NCBI GenBank assembly: GCA_963707985.1
Contig: CAVPRW010000014.1
Span: 160,001-224,000 of the forward strand
Reading direction: 5' to 3'
Length of the DNA: 64,000 nucleotides
Source of the DNA: an uncultured Nitrospinota bacterium
GTDB taxonomy: Bacteria; Tectomicrobia; Entotheonellia; J063; CAVPRW01
The notes under the pieces were generated by a model that had not been told where the DNA came from, searched no databases, and saw only the letters and a list, made by a program, of their open reading frames with translations. Positions within the stretch are counted from its first letter, which is position 1; each line of letters opens with the position of its first letter. Below, one piece after another: positions 29,263 through 39,369 of the stretch. The translations under genes and the position numbers were made by a program.

Positions 29263-31848
29263 ATGGAAGAGCGTTATCCCTTTCAAACCATTGAACCCAA
29301 GTGGCAACAACACTGGGAGGCAGAGCACATTTTCGAGGTTCGGGAAAACACCGATCAGCCGAAGTTCTATCTCCTCGAGATGCTCCCATATCCCTCCGGA
29401 CGTATCCATATGGGACATGTGCGCAATTACTCCATCGGCGATGTCTTGGCGCGGTTCCTACGGATGCGCGGCTATAATGTCCTCCACCCGATGGGCTGGG
29501 ATGCGTTCGGGCTTCCCGCCGAGAATGCCGCCATCGAACACCGCGTTCATCCCGCCCAATGGACCTATGCCAACATTGCGGAGATGAAGACCCAGCTCAA
29601 ACGCATGGGCTTCAGCTATGATTGGACACGGGAGATTGCCAGCTGCGACCCGAGCTACTACACCTGGAATCAGTGGATGTTCCTCAAGATGTGGGAGCGT
29701 GGCCTGGCCTACCGCAAGCGATCGCTGGTGAACTGGTGCGACTCGTGCTTGACGGTGCTTGCCAATGAACAGGTCGAAGACGGCGTATGCTGGCGCTGCT
29801 CGACACCAGTCACCCAGAAAGAATTGGAGCAGTGGTTCCTGCGCATTACCGCCTATGCCGATGCGCTGCTTGAAGGCTGCGACCGCATTGCCGCTGGTTG
29901 GCCTGAGCGTGTACTCACCATGCAGCGCAACTGGATTGGCCGCAGCACTGGTGTCGAGGTGAATTTTCCAGTGGTCGACGGCAACGCGCCCATCCGCATC
30001 TTCACAACCCGCCAGGATACATTATATGGTGCAACGTTCATCGTGTTGGCTCCCGAACACCCACTGGTCCGCCCGCTCATCGCCGGCCTGCCCCAGGAAC
30101 GCGAGGTGCTGACGTTTGTGGAACAGACTGCCGGCATGGATCGGTTTTCCCGCACCGCAGTCACCACGGAAAAGCTCGGCGCCTTCACCGGCCGCTATGC
30201 CGTCAACCCCATGACTCACGAGTCGATCCCCATCTGGGTCGCGAATTTCGTCCTGATGGACTACGGCACGGGCGCCATCATGGCGGTACCGGCCCACGAT
30301 CAGCGCGACTTTGAGTTCGCCAAGCAATATGCCTTGCCGATCCGAGTGGTGATACAGCCCCTTGACCGGACACTGGACGCCAACAGGATGACCGAGGCCT
30401 TTGTTGATGACGGCCAGATGGTCAGCTCCGGCCCCTTTACCGGACTCGAAAGTACAGCGGGTCGTGATCGAGTTGCCGAATATATTGAAAAACAATCTCT
30501 TGGACAGGAAACCATCAACTTTCGTATTAAGGATTGGGGTATATCTAGGCAAAGATATTGGGGAACTCCCATTCCAATGATTCATTGCTCCGGCTGCGGC
30601 ATCGTTCCTGTGCCCTATACAGACCTGCCTGTTGTGCTGCCACTTGACCTGCAATTCGAGTATGGGGCGCGTTCACCGTTGGCCGAAACACCTTCGTTCT
30701 ACGCGGTCTCTTGTCCCAGCTGTGGGCAACCCGCGCGGCGCGAGACTGACACGATGGATACGTTTGTCGATTCATCGTGGTATTTTGAGCGTTACACTTC
30801 GCCCCGTGCGAACGACGGCCCATTTGATCTGCATGCGGCAGACCATTGGATGCCCGTCGACCTCTACATCGGCGGCATCGAGCATGCCGTGCTGCACCTC
30901 TTGTACGCGCGGTTCTGGACCAAAGTGTTGCGGGATCTGGGGCTGATGAAATATGATGAGCCGTTTATGCGGCTGCTCACACAGGGAATGGTCTGCATGG
31001 AAACTCTGTGGTGCCCGCAACACGAGTGGCTCTTCCCCACCCAGATGCGCGATGGCACATGCGTTGAGTGCGGCAGGCTCGTAACCGTTGGCCGCATGGA
31101 GAAGATGTCCAAATCCAAGCATAATGTCGTCGACCCGGACGAGATGATTCACAAATATGGAGCCGATACGACCCGGCTGTTCATCCTCTTTGCCGCCCCA
31201 CCCGAACGTGATCTCGATTGGAACGACCAGGGCGTGGAGGGCTGCTATCGCTTCCTGAATCGTGTGTGGCGCATGGTACGGCGCATCGCCGTGCACACCG
31301 CTGACCTGCCGGGCGATCCGGCCTCACTGAGCGCGGCCTCAGGCGCTGCGCTAGCCTTGCGTCGGAAGACTCAGCAGACGATACGCAAGGTGACTGAGGA
31401 TATCCAGGATCGCCTGCACTTCAACACCGCGGTGGCAGCCATTATGGAATTGATCAATACGCTCTATCAATTTGCGGTAGAGGAGGTGCAGGACTCCCCA
31501 ACCCAGCATGCCTTGCGGGAGGCCGCTGAAGCCACAACCGTACTCCTCTCACCATTCACACCCCATCTCGCCGAAGCGCTGTGGCAGCAGCTCGGCCATG
31601 ACGACAGCATCTTGCGCCAGCCGTGGCCAGCCTATGACCCCCTGTTGACGCAAGAGGATGAGGTGACTATTGTCATCCAGGTCAACGGCCGGGTGCGTAG
31701 CCGTCTCATGGCAGCGGCGTCGATTGCCGAGGACGACCTGCGGGAAGCGGCGTTGCGTCATGAGCGGATTCAGGAGTGGATTGCCGGGAAGGCCATCCGT
31801 AAGGTCATTATCGTGCCACAGAAACTCGTCAATATCGTTGTCGACTGA
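29263..31848 (+). CDS. leuS: Leucine--tRNA ligase
   Basis: PYPSGRIHMGH, GWDAFGLPAENAA, editing domain YGTGAIMAVPAHDQRD, KMSKS. Confidence 0.98.
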   Translation: MEERYPFQTIEPKWQQHWEAEHIFEVRENTDQPKFYLLEMLPYPSGRIHMGHVRNYSIGDVLARFLRMRGYNVLHPMGWDAFGLPAENAAIEHRVHPAQWTYANIAEMKTQLKRMGFSYDWTREIASCDPSYYTWNQWMFLKMWERGLAYRKRSLVNWCDSCLTVLANEQVEDGVCWRCSTPVTQKELEQWFLRITAYADALLEGCDRIAAGWPERVLTMQRNWIGRSTGVEVNFPVVDGNAPIRIFTTRQDTLYGATFIVLAPEHPLVRPLIAGLPQEREVLTFVEQTAGMDRFSRTAVTTEKLGAFTGRYAVNPMTHESIPIWVANFVLMDYGTGAIMAVPAHDQRDFEFAKQYALPIRVVIQPLDRTLDANRMTEAFVDDGQMVSSGPFTGLESTAGRDRVAEYIEKQSLGQETINFRIKDWGISRQRYWGTPIPMIHCSGCGIVPVPYTDLPVVLPLDLQFEYGARSPLAETPSFYAVSCPSCGQPARRETDTMDTFVDSSWYFERYTSPRANDGPFDLHAADHWMPVDLYIGGIEHAVLHLLYARFWTKVLRDLGLMKYDEPFMRLLTQGMVCMETLWCPQHEWLFPTQMRDGTCVECGRLVTVGRMEKMSKSKHNVVDPDEMIHKYGADTTRLFILFAAPPERDLDWNDQGVEGCYRFLNRVWRMVRRIAVHTADLPGDPASLSAASGAALALRRKTQQTIRKVTEDIQDRLHFNTAVAAIMELINTLYQFAVEEVQDSPTQHALREAAEATTVLLSPFTPHLAEALWQQLGHDDSILRQPWPAYDPLLTQEDEVTIVIQVNGRVRSRLMAAASIAEDDLREAALRHERIQEWIAGKAIRKVIIVPQKLVNIVVD

Positions 31849-31963
31849 ACGCCTCGCGTGCCCCTTCGGTCTTGCCAGGGGAGGGCGCGGGTGACCGAGG
31901 ACACGACTGGTACGATCACCGCATCAGTTATCGAGACGGGAACCGCCGCCATGGCAGGGGCTG

Positions 31964-32455
31964 TTGGCGCTCCTGGTAGTTGTGTTGATCGGCTGTGGTT
32001 ACCAACTCAGCGGTCAAGTCGGGACGATTCCGGGAAATCTACAGAGCCTCTCCGTCCCAATGTTCGCCAATGCTACCACCGTGCCTGGCCTCGAGCAATT
32101 GATCACGAGCGCCGTGCGCACGCAATTACAACGGGATGGACGAGTGCGTTTGGGTACAGACGCAAATTCGGGGGCACAGCTCCGCGGCGCAGTCACGCGT
32201 TATGGGTTGGCGGTCCTGGCCACCGATCCAAGCGATTTCGTCCTGGAATATCGAGCTGAGGTGGAAGTGCATGTCATGGTCGAAGACCTCCGGCAGCGGC
32301 AGACGCTTTTGGACCAGAAGTTGGTCATCAACACCGACTACATCGTAGCATCATCGCAGATCGTGCCAAATGAGATCGCTCGTGAGCGGGCCATGCAGGC
32401 CGCAGCGCGCGAGACTGGAGAGCGCGTTGTCAGCCTCCTGCTCGATCGGTTTTAA
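31964..32455 (+). CDS. lptE: LPS assembly lipoprotein LptE family (start uncertain)
   Basis: Lipobox LIGC-GYQL; sits in the canonical leuS-lptE-holA order. Confidence 0.8.
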   Translation: MALLVVVLIGCGYQLSGQVGTIPGNLQSLSVPMFANATTVPGLEQLITSAVRTQLQRDGRVRLGTDANSGAQLRGAVTRYGLAVLATDPSDFVLEYRAEVEVHVMVEDLRQRQTLLDQKLVINTDYIVASSQIVPNEIARERAMQAAARETGERVVSLLLDRF

Positions 32456-32574
32456 CAAGGGGCATCGATCACAGATTGGAGACGGTCCCTAGTCGTGGTG
32501 AGAACTCCTCCTGGGGCCCGAGCGGTACAGCTTGCGCATCAACCGGTGAGCACTAGCGTCAAGGGGAGGCGTGT

Positions 32575-33591
32575 ATGGAACCTCGGGAGCTTGAGCGCCG
32601 CTTGAAACGGCACGAATTGGCCCCCGTGGTCTTGCTCTGGGGTGAAGAGTCCTGGTTGGCCGATGAAGCCATCAGCCAGATCGAGGCCGTCGCGCTCGAC
32701 ATAGAGACGCGAGAGTTCAATCGTCAGGTGTTTTACGGCGATGAAGCTGAGGCACAAGCGGTCGTCATCGCGGCACAAACCTTGCCCTGGCTGGGATCGC
32801 AGCGCCTGGTGGTGGTGAGAGGAGCCGACTCCCTGCCCCGTTCCGCCGATCCTCCGCTGGTAGCATACTGCAAACAGCCTTCGCCCAGCACCTGCTTAGT
32901 CTTTGCAGCGCAGCGCGCGGAGACGAGTCGGCCGCTCTTCGCCCTCCTCCTAAAGCTGCCCTGGGCCGTGCGCTTTCGGCGACTGCTGCCGCGTGAATTA
33001 TCCACCTGGATCGCGCACCGCACCGCGGCCAGCGGCTGCCATATTACTGGGGCTGCGGTAGCCGCTCTGATAGAAACGGTGGGGAGCGACCTGCGACTGT
33101 TGGCGAACGAGATCGACAAGCTGGTGACGTTTGTTGGGGTCGAGCATGCCATCGAGGTCGAAAGTGTGACCGCTCTGACAACTGACATACGAGAGATGAC
33201 CGCCTTTGAATTGGCACGCTCCCTCAGCGCCGGGGACCTACCTGAAGCGTTGCGCGCCTGGGGCAAGTTCGCTTCCAGTGGAGAGTATCCGGGGTTGGCG
33301 CTCGGTGCAATCATCCACCATGTACGTCAGCTCTGGCGCATCAAGTTGGCGCAGCCTGCCGACGCCTCTCCTGAACGCCTAGCACGCGAGCTCAACATGC
33401 CGGTTTTTAGCGTCCAGCGGCTTAGCTCCCAAGCGGCTGCCATTGAGCTCGCACAGCTCCGCCAATGGCTGGAAACACTCCTAGAGGCCGACCAGACGCT
33501 CAAACGCTCTGGTCTGCCGCCACAATCGGTTTTTGAGAGGCTGATTCTACGTTTCTGTGTGAGGCAAGGTGGGACTCATATTCCCGCGTGA
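32575..33591 (+). CDS. holA: DNA polymerase III subunit delta
   Basis: PVVLLWGEE, AQTLPWLGSQRLVVV, GSDLRLLANEIDKL, EADQTLKRS; synteny with leuS-lptE. Confidence 0.9.
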   Translation: MEPRELERRLKRHELAPVVLLWGEESWLADEAISQIEAVALDIETREFNRQVFYGDEAEAQAVVIAAQTLPWLGSQRLVVVRGADSLPRSADPPLVAYCKQPSPSTCLVFAAQRAETSRPLFALLLKLPWAVRFRRLLPRELSTWIAHRTAASGCHITGAAVAALIETVGSDLRLLANEIDKLVTFVGVEHAIEVESVTALTTDIREMTAFELARSLSAGDLPEALRAWGKFASSGEYPGLALGAIIHHVRQLWRIKLAQPADASPERLARELNMPVFSVQRLSSQAAAIELAQLRQWLETLLEADQTLKRSGLPPQSVFERLILRFCVRQGGTHIPA

Positions 33592-33851
33592 AGGGCATAA
33601 ACTTTCCGGCTCAGCGCGGCTTTCTTGCGGGCGGCCTTGTTCGGATGAATCACCCCTTTTCCAGCGGCTTTATCGAGTGCAGATACGGCCTTGCGGAGTG
33701 TGATCTCCGCAGTCGTCGAGTCTTTGCGCACGACCAGCGCTTCCACATGTTTCGCATACGTTTTAAGGGCCGATTTCACGGACACATTGCGCAGATGTCG
33801 TCCTTCCTCCTGCCGCATCCGCTTCATCGCCGACTTGTGGCGTTTGGCCAT
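33576..33851 (-). CDS. rpsT: 30S ribosomal protein S20
   Basis: HKSAMKRMRQ...LDKAAGKGVIHPNKAARKKAAL. Confidence 0.97.
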   Translation of the reverse strand: MAKRHKSAMKRMRQEEGRHLRNVSVKSALKTYAKHVEALVVRKDSTTAEITLRKAVSALDKAAGKGVIHPNKAARKKAALSRKVYALHAGI

Positions 33852-33958
33852 GGTTTCTCTCCCTCATCCCTTGCCAATCATGGACCGATGCGTCTTAAAC
33901 CGTTTTTCAGGGGCCTTCGAGGGCAGGCAGCGGGCCGTTCACTCGGTGAGCCAGGTGC

Positions 33959-33987
33959 AATATACTAAACCAGCACCGAGGCGTCAA
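33959..33987 (-). promoter_or_regulatory. rpsT promoter
   Basis: Minus strand TTGACG, 17-nt spacer, TATATT. Confidence 0.55.
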
Positions 33988-34442
33988 GAGTTCGGCACGA
34001 GGTCCGGATGATGACTGACCTGGCTGCTTCCAAAAGACCCAGACACACTGCGAGCAGAAGCTCGTGCCACTGGTCACCGAGGGCTCGGAGGCTGCCCTGC
34101 TGTGCCCCACCGTCAGCCTGTGTGCCAATGCTGCAGTGTCAGTCCCGGTCGCCGTGTTTTAGGCGTTGCGGGACACGCTGCCCCCTGTTAAAATTGGCGT
34201 TTACGCGGGCATGTTGAGCATCGTCCTCGACAGGGCCTTGAGGCAACCACACCAGCATGTTAGTGTGGCCCTGGCCACATTGCTGGCAGTAATCCCCAAA
34301 CTTGGCGAGCGCATCTGGTACTCGTAGAGGTGAGATGTTACCGGGATGTGAGGTGGGTGATATGGACGTGAGACGGAGCGGAAACAAAGTTTCGCGTGGT
34401 GGCCACCCGCCCTCGACTGGCGTACGAACCTGGGGCGTGGAG

Positions 34443-35339
34443 ATGTCGCTGGAGCGCTGGGTGAGTGGATTTGGCCACTACCTGGCGGTCGAGCGCCGCT
34501 TGTCTGTGTACACTCAACGCGTCTATGAACACGACGTGCGCGCCTGGCTTCAGGCGCTGCCGCCAGGCAGCAACGCCGAGGTCACGGCGCTCCTGACACG
34601 GGACAACGTGGTCAAGTTCTTGGCGCAGAGTCGTGCCTCTGGGTTGTCCCCTCGCTCGATAGCACGGCGCGTGGCCGGTCTACGGGCATTTTGCCGCTAT
34701 CTCAAGCATGAAGAGGTGCTGTCCGTTGATCCGTTAATGGACCTGCAGACTCCACGCCTGCCTCAGCGATTGCCGCATTTCCTGAGTGTCGATGAAGTCG
34801 ACCGCTTGCTCCGCCAACCGCGTGTGGAGACGCCACGGGGCCGCCGGGATGCGGCGATGCTGGAAGCACTCTATGCCACGGGGCTGCGTGTATCGGAATT
34901 GGTGTCATTGCCGATGAGCGCCTTGCACCTGGCTGAAGGCTGGATCAAGGTGCGGGGAAAGGGCGGTAAAGAGCGTCTCATCCCTCTTGGAGAGCCGGCA
35001 GTGGCATGCATACGGGCGTATCTGGAGGGCGGGCGCGAGGAGCTCATGCGAGGAGAGCGCAGCCTGCATGTGTTCGTCAACGGGCGGGGCCGGGGCATGA
35101 CTCGCCAGGGCTTCTGGAAGCTCCTACGCAGTTATGCCCGGAAGGCTGGCATTACCAAGCCCATGTCACCGCATACGCTACGCCATTCCTTCGCGACGCA
35201 TCTTCTGGAGCAGGGGGCTGACCTCCGCTCCGTCCAGCAGATGCTTGGCCATAGCGACATTTCCACGACGCAAATCTATACTCATGTGCTTGAAGCGCGG
35301 CTGCGTTCAGCATATCAACGCTACCACCCGCGCGCGTAA
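34443..35339 (+). CDS. xerD: Site-specific tyrosine recombinase XerD
   Basis: YATGLRVSEL, GKGGKERLIP, MTRQGFW, HTLRHSFATHLL...LGHSDISTTQIYTHV...HPRA. Confidence 0.92.
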   Translation: MSLERWVSGFGHYLAVERRLSVYTQRVYEHDVRAWLQALPPGSNAEVTALLTRDNVVKFLAQSRASGLSPRSIARRVAGLRAFCRYLKHEEVLSVDPLMDLQTPRLPQRLPHFLSVDEVDRLLRQPRVETPRGRRDAAMLEALYATGLRVSELVSLPMSALHLAEGWIKVRGKGGKERLIPLGEPAVACIRAYLEGGREELMRGERSLHVFVNGRGRGMTRQGFWKLLRSYARKAGITKPMSPHTLRHSFATHLLEQGADLRSVQQMLGHSDISTTQIYTHVLEARLRSAYQRYHPRA

Positions 35340-35354
35340 GGCTGGAGGTTCGGT

Positions 35355-38072
35355 GTGGCGCTTCTTCGACCCATTAGTCCGCTGCCTGTTGAGTCCCGAG
35401 TAGACCAAGCCGAGGAGATGTTGCAGGATTTACAGTTCCCAGAGCAGCGTCTCGAGGCTATGAGTATCCTGCGTCAATTTGTGCGGGAGGCCACGCTCCG
35501 TGTGCGCGAGGCCCATCTGGCTGGGGCCAGTGGGGCTGAAACCGCCCGCCAACTGGCGGCGATGATCGATCAGGTCATCATTGAAAGTTATCACTTCCTG
35601 GCACGTAGTCCTTTATTTACAGCGTATCGGCGCCCCCTTCGAGTGGCCACGGTGGCCGTGGGAGGCTATGGGCGCGGTGATCTGAACCCCTGCTCGGACC
35701 TCGATATCGTCGTGCTACACCCCCCCCAAGAGGATGACCTCAGCACGCAATTTATGATCCAATTCACCCTTCTCCTCATGGACCTGCGGCTCGACGTCCG
35801 CTACAGCAATCGTTCCATCGCTAACTGCGTGCAGATGGCACGGCGTGATCTGTCGACGAAAACATCGTTCATCGAAGCCCGCCCGCTGGTCGGGGATGCC
35901 CAACTCCTCGATCAGTTCCGGCGCACGGTACAGCACGAACTGCTCGGGAAAGGGGTCGATCAGTTTATTCAGGCCAAGGCGGAGGAGCTCCAGCGGCGTC
36001 ATGCCAAGTACTATGGCACAGTGAGCGTCTTGGAGCCCAATGTCAAGGAGAGCCCAGGGGGGCTGCGCGATTATCACACCGCCTTGTGGGTCGGGGCCAC
36101 ACGCGTTGGGGCACGGTCGTTGGATGACCTGGTGGCCGCGGGCATCATCGCGGCGGCAGAGCAACAGGCTGTGGCACAGGCCTATGAGTTTCTGCTGCGG
36201 GTACGCACGGATTTACATTTTTCCCAGCAGTGGAAAACCGATGTGTTGGCGATTGAGGTGCAGGCAGAGGCGGCTGCACGCCTCGGCTATGATGGCAACG
36301 GTACCGGCCTGCCGGTAGAGCGCTTCATGCGGCAGTATTATCGTCAGGCCCGTGTGATCTATTATTTGTGTGCCAGCGTGCTCAATCGCTGTCGGCCACA
36401 CGAACGAGGGATTGGAAAAGTGCTTGAATATATGTCACGTAAAGAACTTGAGCATGGGTTCGTTCTCGCACGGGGCGAGATCACGGTCAAGGAACGCGGC
36501 AAAGATCCTTTCCAGGTGCGGCCTACCTTGCTGTTGGAGGCCTTCGCAGTGGCCCAGCAGGTGGGGGCAGGGCTCAGTGAGGACCTGAAGGTCCTCATCC
36601 GGACTCATCTCGGGGCGATCGACGATGCCTTTCGGGCCGACCGCCAGCACAGTCGGCTGTTCATGACCATCCTCAAGCACCCTAAGGCCTCCCGTGCCCT
36701 CCGCGCCATGCATGAGGTAGGGGTATTGAGCGCATACCTCCCTGAATTTGAGCCGATCACCGGCCTGGTGCACCATGATCTCTATCACAAATATACCGTC
36801 GACGAGCACACGTTGCGGGCAGTGGATTTCCTCGACGAGTTGCCCGATACTCCCGAAAAAGAGCTGCGCGAGTTCGCCAAGTTGTTCCAGAGCTTGCCCA
36901 ATCCCGAGGTGTTGCGGCTGGCCTTGGTCTATCACGATGTGGGGAAGACCAAAGGCGTCGAGCATGTCGAGGAGAGTGCCGAATTGTTCCGCGCTGCCGC
37001 CCCGCGCCTAGGGCTCAGCGAAAAAAGCGCCGACCAGGTCGAGTTGCTGGTAAAAAACCATTTGCTCATGAATCATCTGGCCCAGCGCCGTGACATCACC
37101 GACCCTAAGATCGTGGCGGATTTCGCGGAAACCGTCCGCAACGTGGAGAATCTCAAGCTCCTGTGTATCCTTACCTACACCGACACGCGAGCGGTGGGAC
37201 CAGATATCTGGACGGTATGGAAGGGGGCGCTGTTGTGGGAACTGTACATGCGTACCTATAAGCATTTCACTCAGGACGATGAGGTCGTGGTCACGGGAGA
37301 GGCCCTCATCGAACAAGTGAAAGGTGAAGTGCTATCGGGCTTATCCGGGCGCATCCCCGAGGTCACCGTCGATGCATTCTTCAAGGCCATGCCCTATAAA
37401 TACATCGTGTCGACACCGGCCGAGACCATCGTGCAACATATCCAATTGGTGGAGAGTTTGCAGGGCGGTGCGCTCGCCACGAAGCATACCCACTACCATG
37501 ACCTGGGGTACTCCGAACTACTGGTGTGTACGCCTAGCAAGCCCGGCAATTTTGCCAAAATCGCCGGGACGCTGGCGGCCAATCAGCTCAACATTTTGGG
37601 CGCACAAATCTATACCCACAATGATGGGCTGGCCCTGGACACGTTGCAGATCGAAAGCCTCGAAAAGAAGCCCATCTTGGACGAACGCCTGTGGCAGCGC
37701 CTGAATGACGAGCTCCTGGCGGTCTTGGCCGGAGGGCGAGAGGTCACCTATCGGCCGGGGCGGACGATTTTCGCCAGAAAAGAGCGGGCCGTGCCGGTCG
37801 CCACTATAGTCGAGGTCAACAATCGCATCTCCGACATGTATACGGTCATTGATGTGACGACCCAGGACCGCTTAGGCTTGCTATACCTGATCACGACGAC
37901 GCTGTTTGAGATCGGGATAAACATTCACCTGGCTAAAGTCTCTACGGAGGCAACGCGAGCCATCGACGTATTCTACGTGACCGATCTCGTGGGCGAAAAG
38001 ATCGTCGACGAACGGGCCATCGAGGAGATCCGCAGCCAGCTCCAGACTGCCCTTGACGTTGATGAGCGATGA
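35355..38072 (+). CDS. glnD: [Protein-PII] uridylyltransferase / uridylyl-removing enzyme
   Basis: AVGGYGRGDLNPCSDLD, EPNVKESPGGLRD, HKYTVDEHT, YHDVGK, and two C-terminal ACT domains. Confidence 0.95.
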   Translation: MALLRPISPLPVESRVDQAEEMLQDLQFPEQRLEAMSILRQFVREATLRVREAHLAGASGAETARQLAAMIDQVIIESYHFLARSPLFTAYRRPLRVATVAVGGYGRGDLNPCSDLDIVVLHPPQEDDLSTQFMIQFTLLLMDLRLDVRYSNRSIANCVQMARRDLSTKTSFIEARPLVGDAQLLDQFRRTVQHELLGKGVDQFIQAKAEELQRRHAKYYGTVSVLEPNVKESPGGLRDYHTALWVGATRVGARSLDDLVAAGIIAAAEQQAVAQAYEFLLRVRTDLHFSQQWKTDVLAIEVQAEAAARLGYDGNGTGLPVERFMRQYYRQARVIYYLCASVLNRCRPHERGIGKVLEYMSRKELEHGFVLARGEITVKERGKDPFQVRPTLLLEAFAVAQQVGAGLSEDLKVLIRTHLGAIDDAFRADRQHSRLFMTILKHPKASRALRAMHEVGVLSAYLPEFEPITGLVHHDLYHKYTVDEHTLRAVDFLDELPDTPEKELREFAKLFQSLPNPEVLRLALVYHDVGKTKGVEHVEESAELFRAAAPRLGLSEKSADQVELLVKNHLLMNHLAQRRDITDPKIVADFAETVRNVENLKLLCILTYTDTRAVGPDIWTVWKGALLWELYMRTYKHFTQDDEVVVTGEALIEQVKGEVLSGLSGRIPEVTVDAFFKAMPYKYIVSTPAETIVQHIQLVESLQGGALATKHTHYHDLGYSELLVCTPSKPGNFAKIAGTLAANQLNILGAQIYTHNDGLALDTLQIESLEKKPILDERLWQRLNDELLAVLAGGREVTYRPGRTIFARKERAVPVATIVEVNNRISDMYTVIDVTTQDRLGLLYLITTTLFEIGINIHLAKVSTEATRAIDVFYVTDLVGEKIVDERAIEEIRSQLQTALDVDER

Positions 38073-38349
38073 GCAGTGGGTCGAATGGAAGGACTCAGGA
38101 ACGCCTGGATTGACGCGCCACGAGGCCGTATGCGGGCGATGTGATCGCGCCTCGTAGATCTCGAGCATTGCATGCTAGATTTGTTCTGTGGTATGTTTGG
38201 GCGACGGTTTTGCCGCAACTTGCATTCAGATGGCATGGCAAAGGCGAAGGCCTGCCGCCACTTGCGCCAGTCGACCTGTCGAGGCGTCTCGGATCACCAC
38301 GGGGATGGGTATTCCTGGTGCCGGACTGCATGGAGGTGCGTAAAGCAGC

Positions 38350-39369
38350 TTGGCTGAGATACTGAGCAAAGAGATCGAGCTGGAAGATACCACCCAACTG
38401 CCACAAATCTTCGGCATTAACGACGCGCATCTCAGACTCATCGGCAAAGGACTGCACGTCCGCCTGCAGGCTCGCGAACGTGGGCTGAGCATTCAGGGTG
38501 CAGCCGAGGCCGTGAGCAAGGCCGAGCAACTGTTGCAAGAGTTGTGTGAGCTGATGGCCAGTGGCTATGTCATTGACTCGCATGACTTGCGTCTGATGCT
38601 CCGCCTCTACGAAAGCTCGCCACATCCCGATATCCGCCATATCTTTTCTGATCGCATCCCCGTCCCATCCCGTCGTCGTTATGTGTCACCCAAGACTGAG
38701 GGGCAGAAGTTCTATGTGGATGCGATCCGCCATCATGACATCGTCTTTGCGATCGGCCCGGCAGGGACTGGCAAGACGTACCTGGCCATGGCCATGGCGG
38801 TTTCAAGTTTGTTCCATAAGGAGATTGAGCGCATCATTCTGGCACGGCCGGCCGTCGAAGCGGGTGAGAAGCTCGGCTTTCTGCCAGGCGACCTGCAAGA
38901 GAAGGTGAACCCGTATCTGCGGCCGCTCTACGATGCGCTCTACGACACGATGGAGTTTGAACGAGCGCAAAAGTTGATGGAGCGGGGCACCATTGAAATC
39001 GCCCCGCTGGCCTATATGCGCGGTCGCACCCTGAACGATTCGTTCATTATTCTGGATGAGGCTCAGAACACGACCTCTGAGCAAATGAAGATGTTCCTCA
39101 CACGTCTGGGATATAATTCCAAAGCGGTCATTACGGGTGATGTCACCCAGGTGGATCTCGCCCCCGGCAAGGTCTCGGGATTGGTCGAGGTGCAAGACGT
39201 TCTGCGCGGTATCGAGGGTATTCGCTTCGTGTACTTTACTGAGCGGGATGTCGTCCGCCACGAACTGGTCCAGCAGATCATTCGCGCCTATGAGACCTTT
39301 CAGCCACGGGCTGAGCGTCGTGGTGAGGGCCACGGAGGGGGAACGCCGTCCGATGGAACGGGAACGTAA
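38350..39369 (+). CDS. phoH: PhoH-family ATPase
   Basis: GPAGTGKT, RPAVEAGEKLGFLPG, YMRGRTL, LDEAQN, VRH. Confidence 0.93.
   Translation: MAEILSKEIELEDTTQLPQIFGINDAHLRLIGKGLHVRLQARERGLSIQGAAEAVSKAEQLLQELCELMASGYVIDSHDLRLMLRLYESSPHPDIRHIFSDRIPVPSRRRYVSPKTEGQKFYVDAIRHHDIVFAIGPAGTGKTYLAMAMAVSSLFHKEIERIILARPAVEAGEKLGFLPGDLQEKVNPYLRPLYDALYDTMEFERAQKLMERGTIEIAPLAYMRGRTLNDSFIILDEAQNTTSEQMKMFLTRLGYNSKAVITGDVTQVDLAPGKVSGLVEVQDVLRGIEGIRFVYFTERDVVRHELVQQIIRAYETFQPRAERRGEGHGGGTPSDGTGT

Noticed and set aside
34443..35339. Tyrosine recombinase as a prophage or island integrase
   Set aside because: Motifs (TRQGFW, TTQIYTHV, HPRA) and the housekeeping context fit chromosomal XerD; no att sites or phage genes are nearby.
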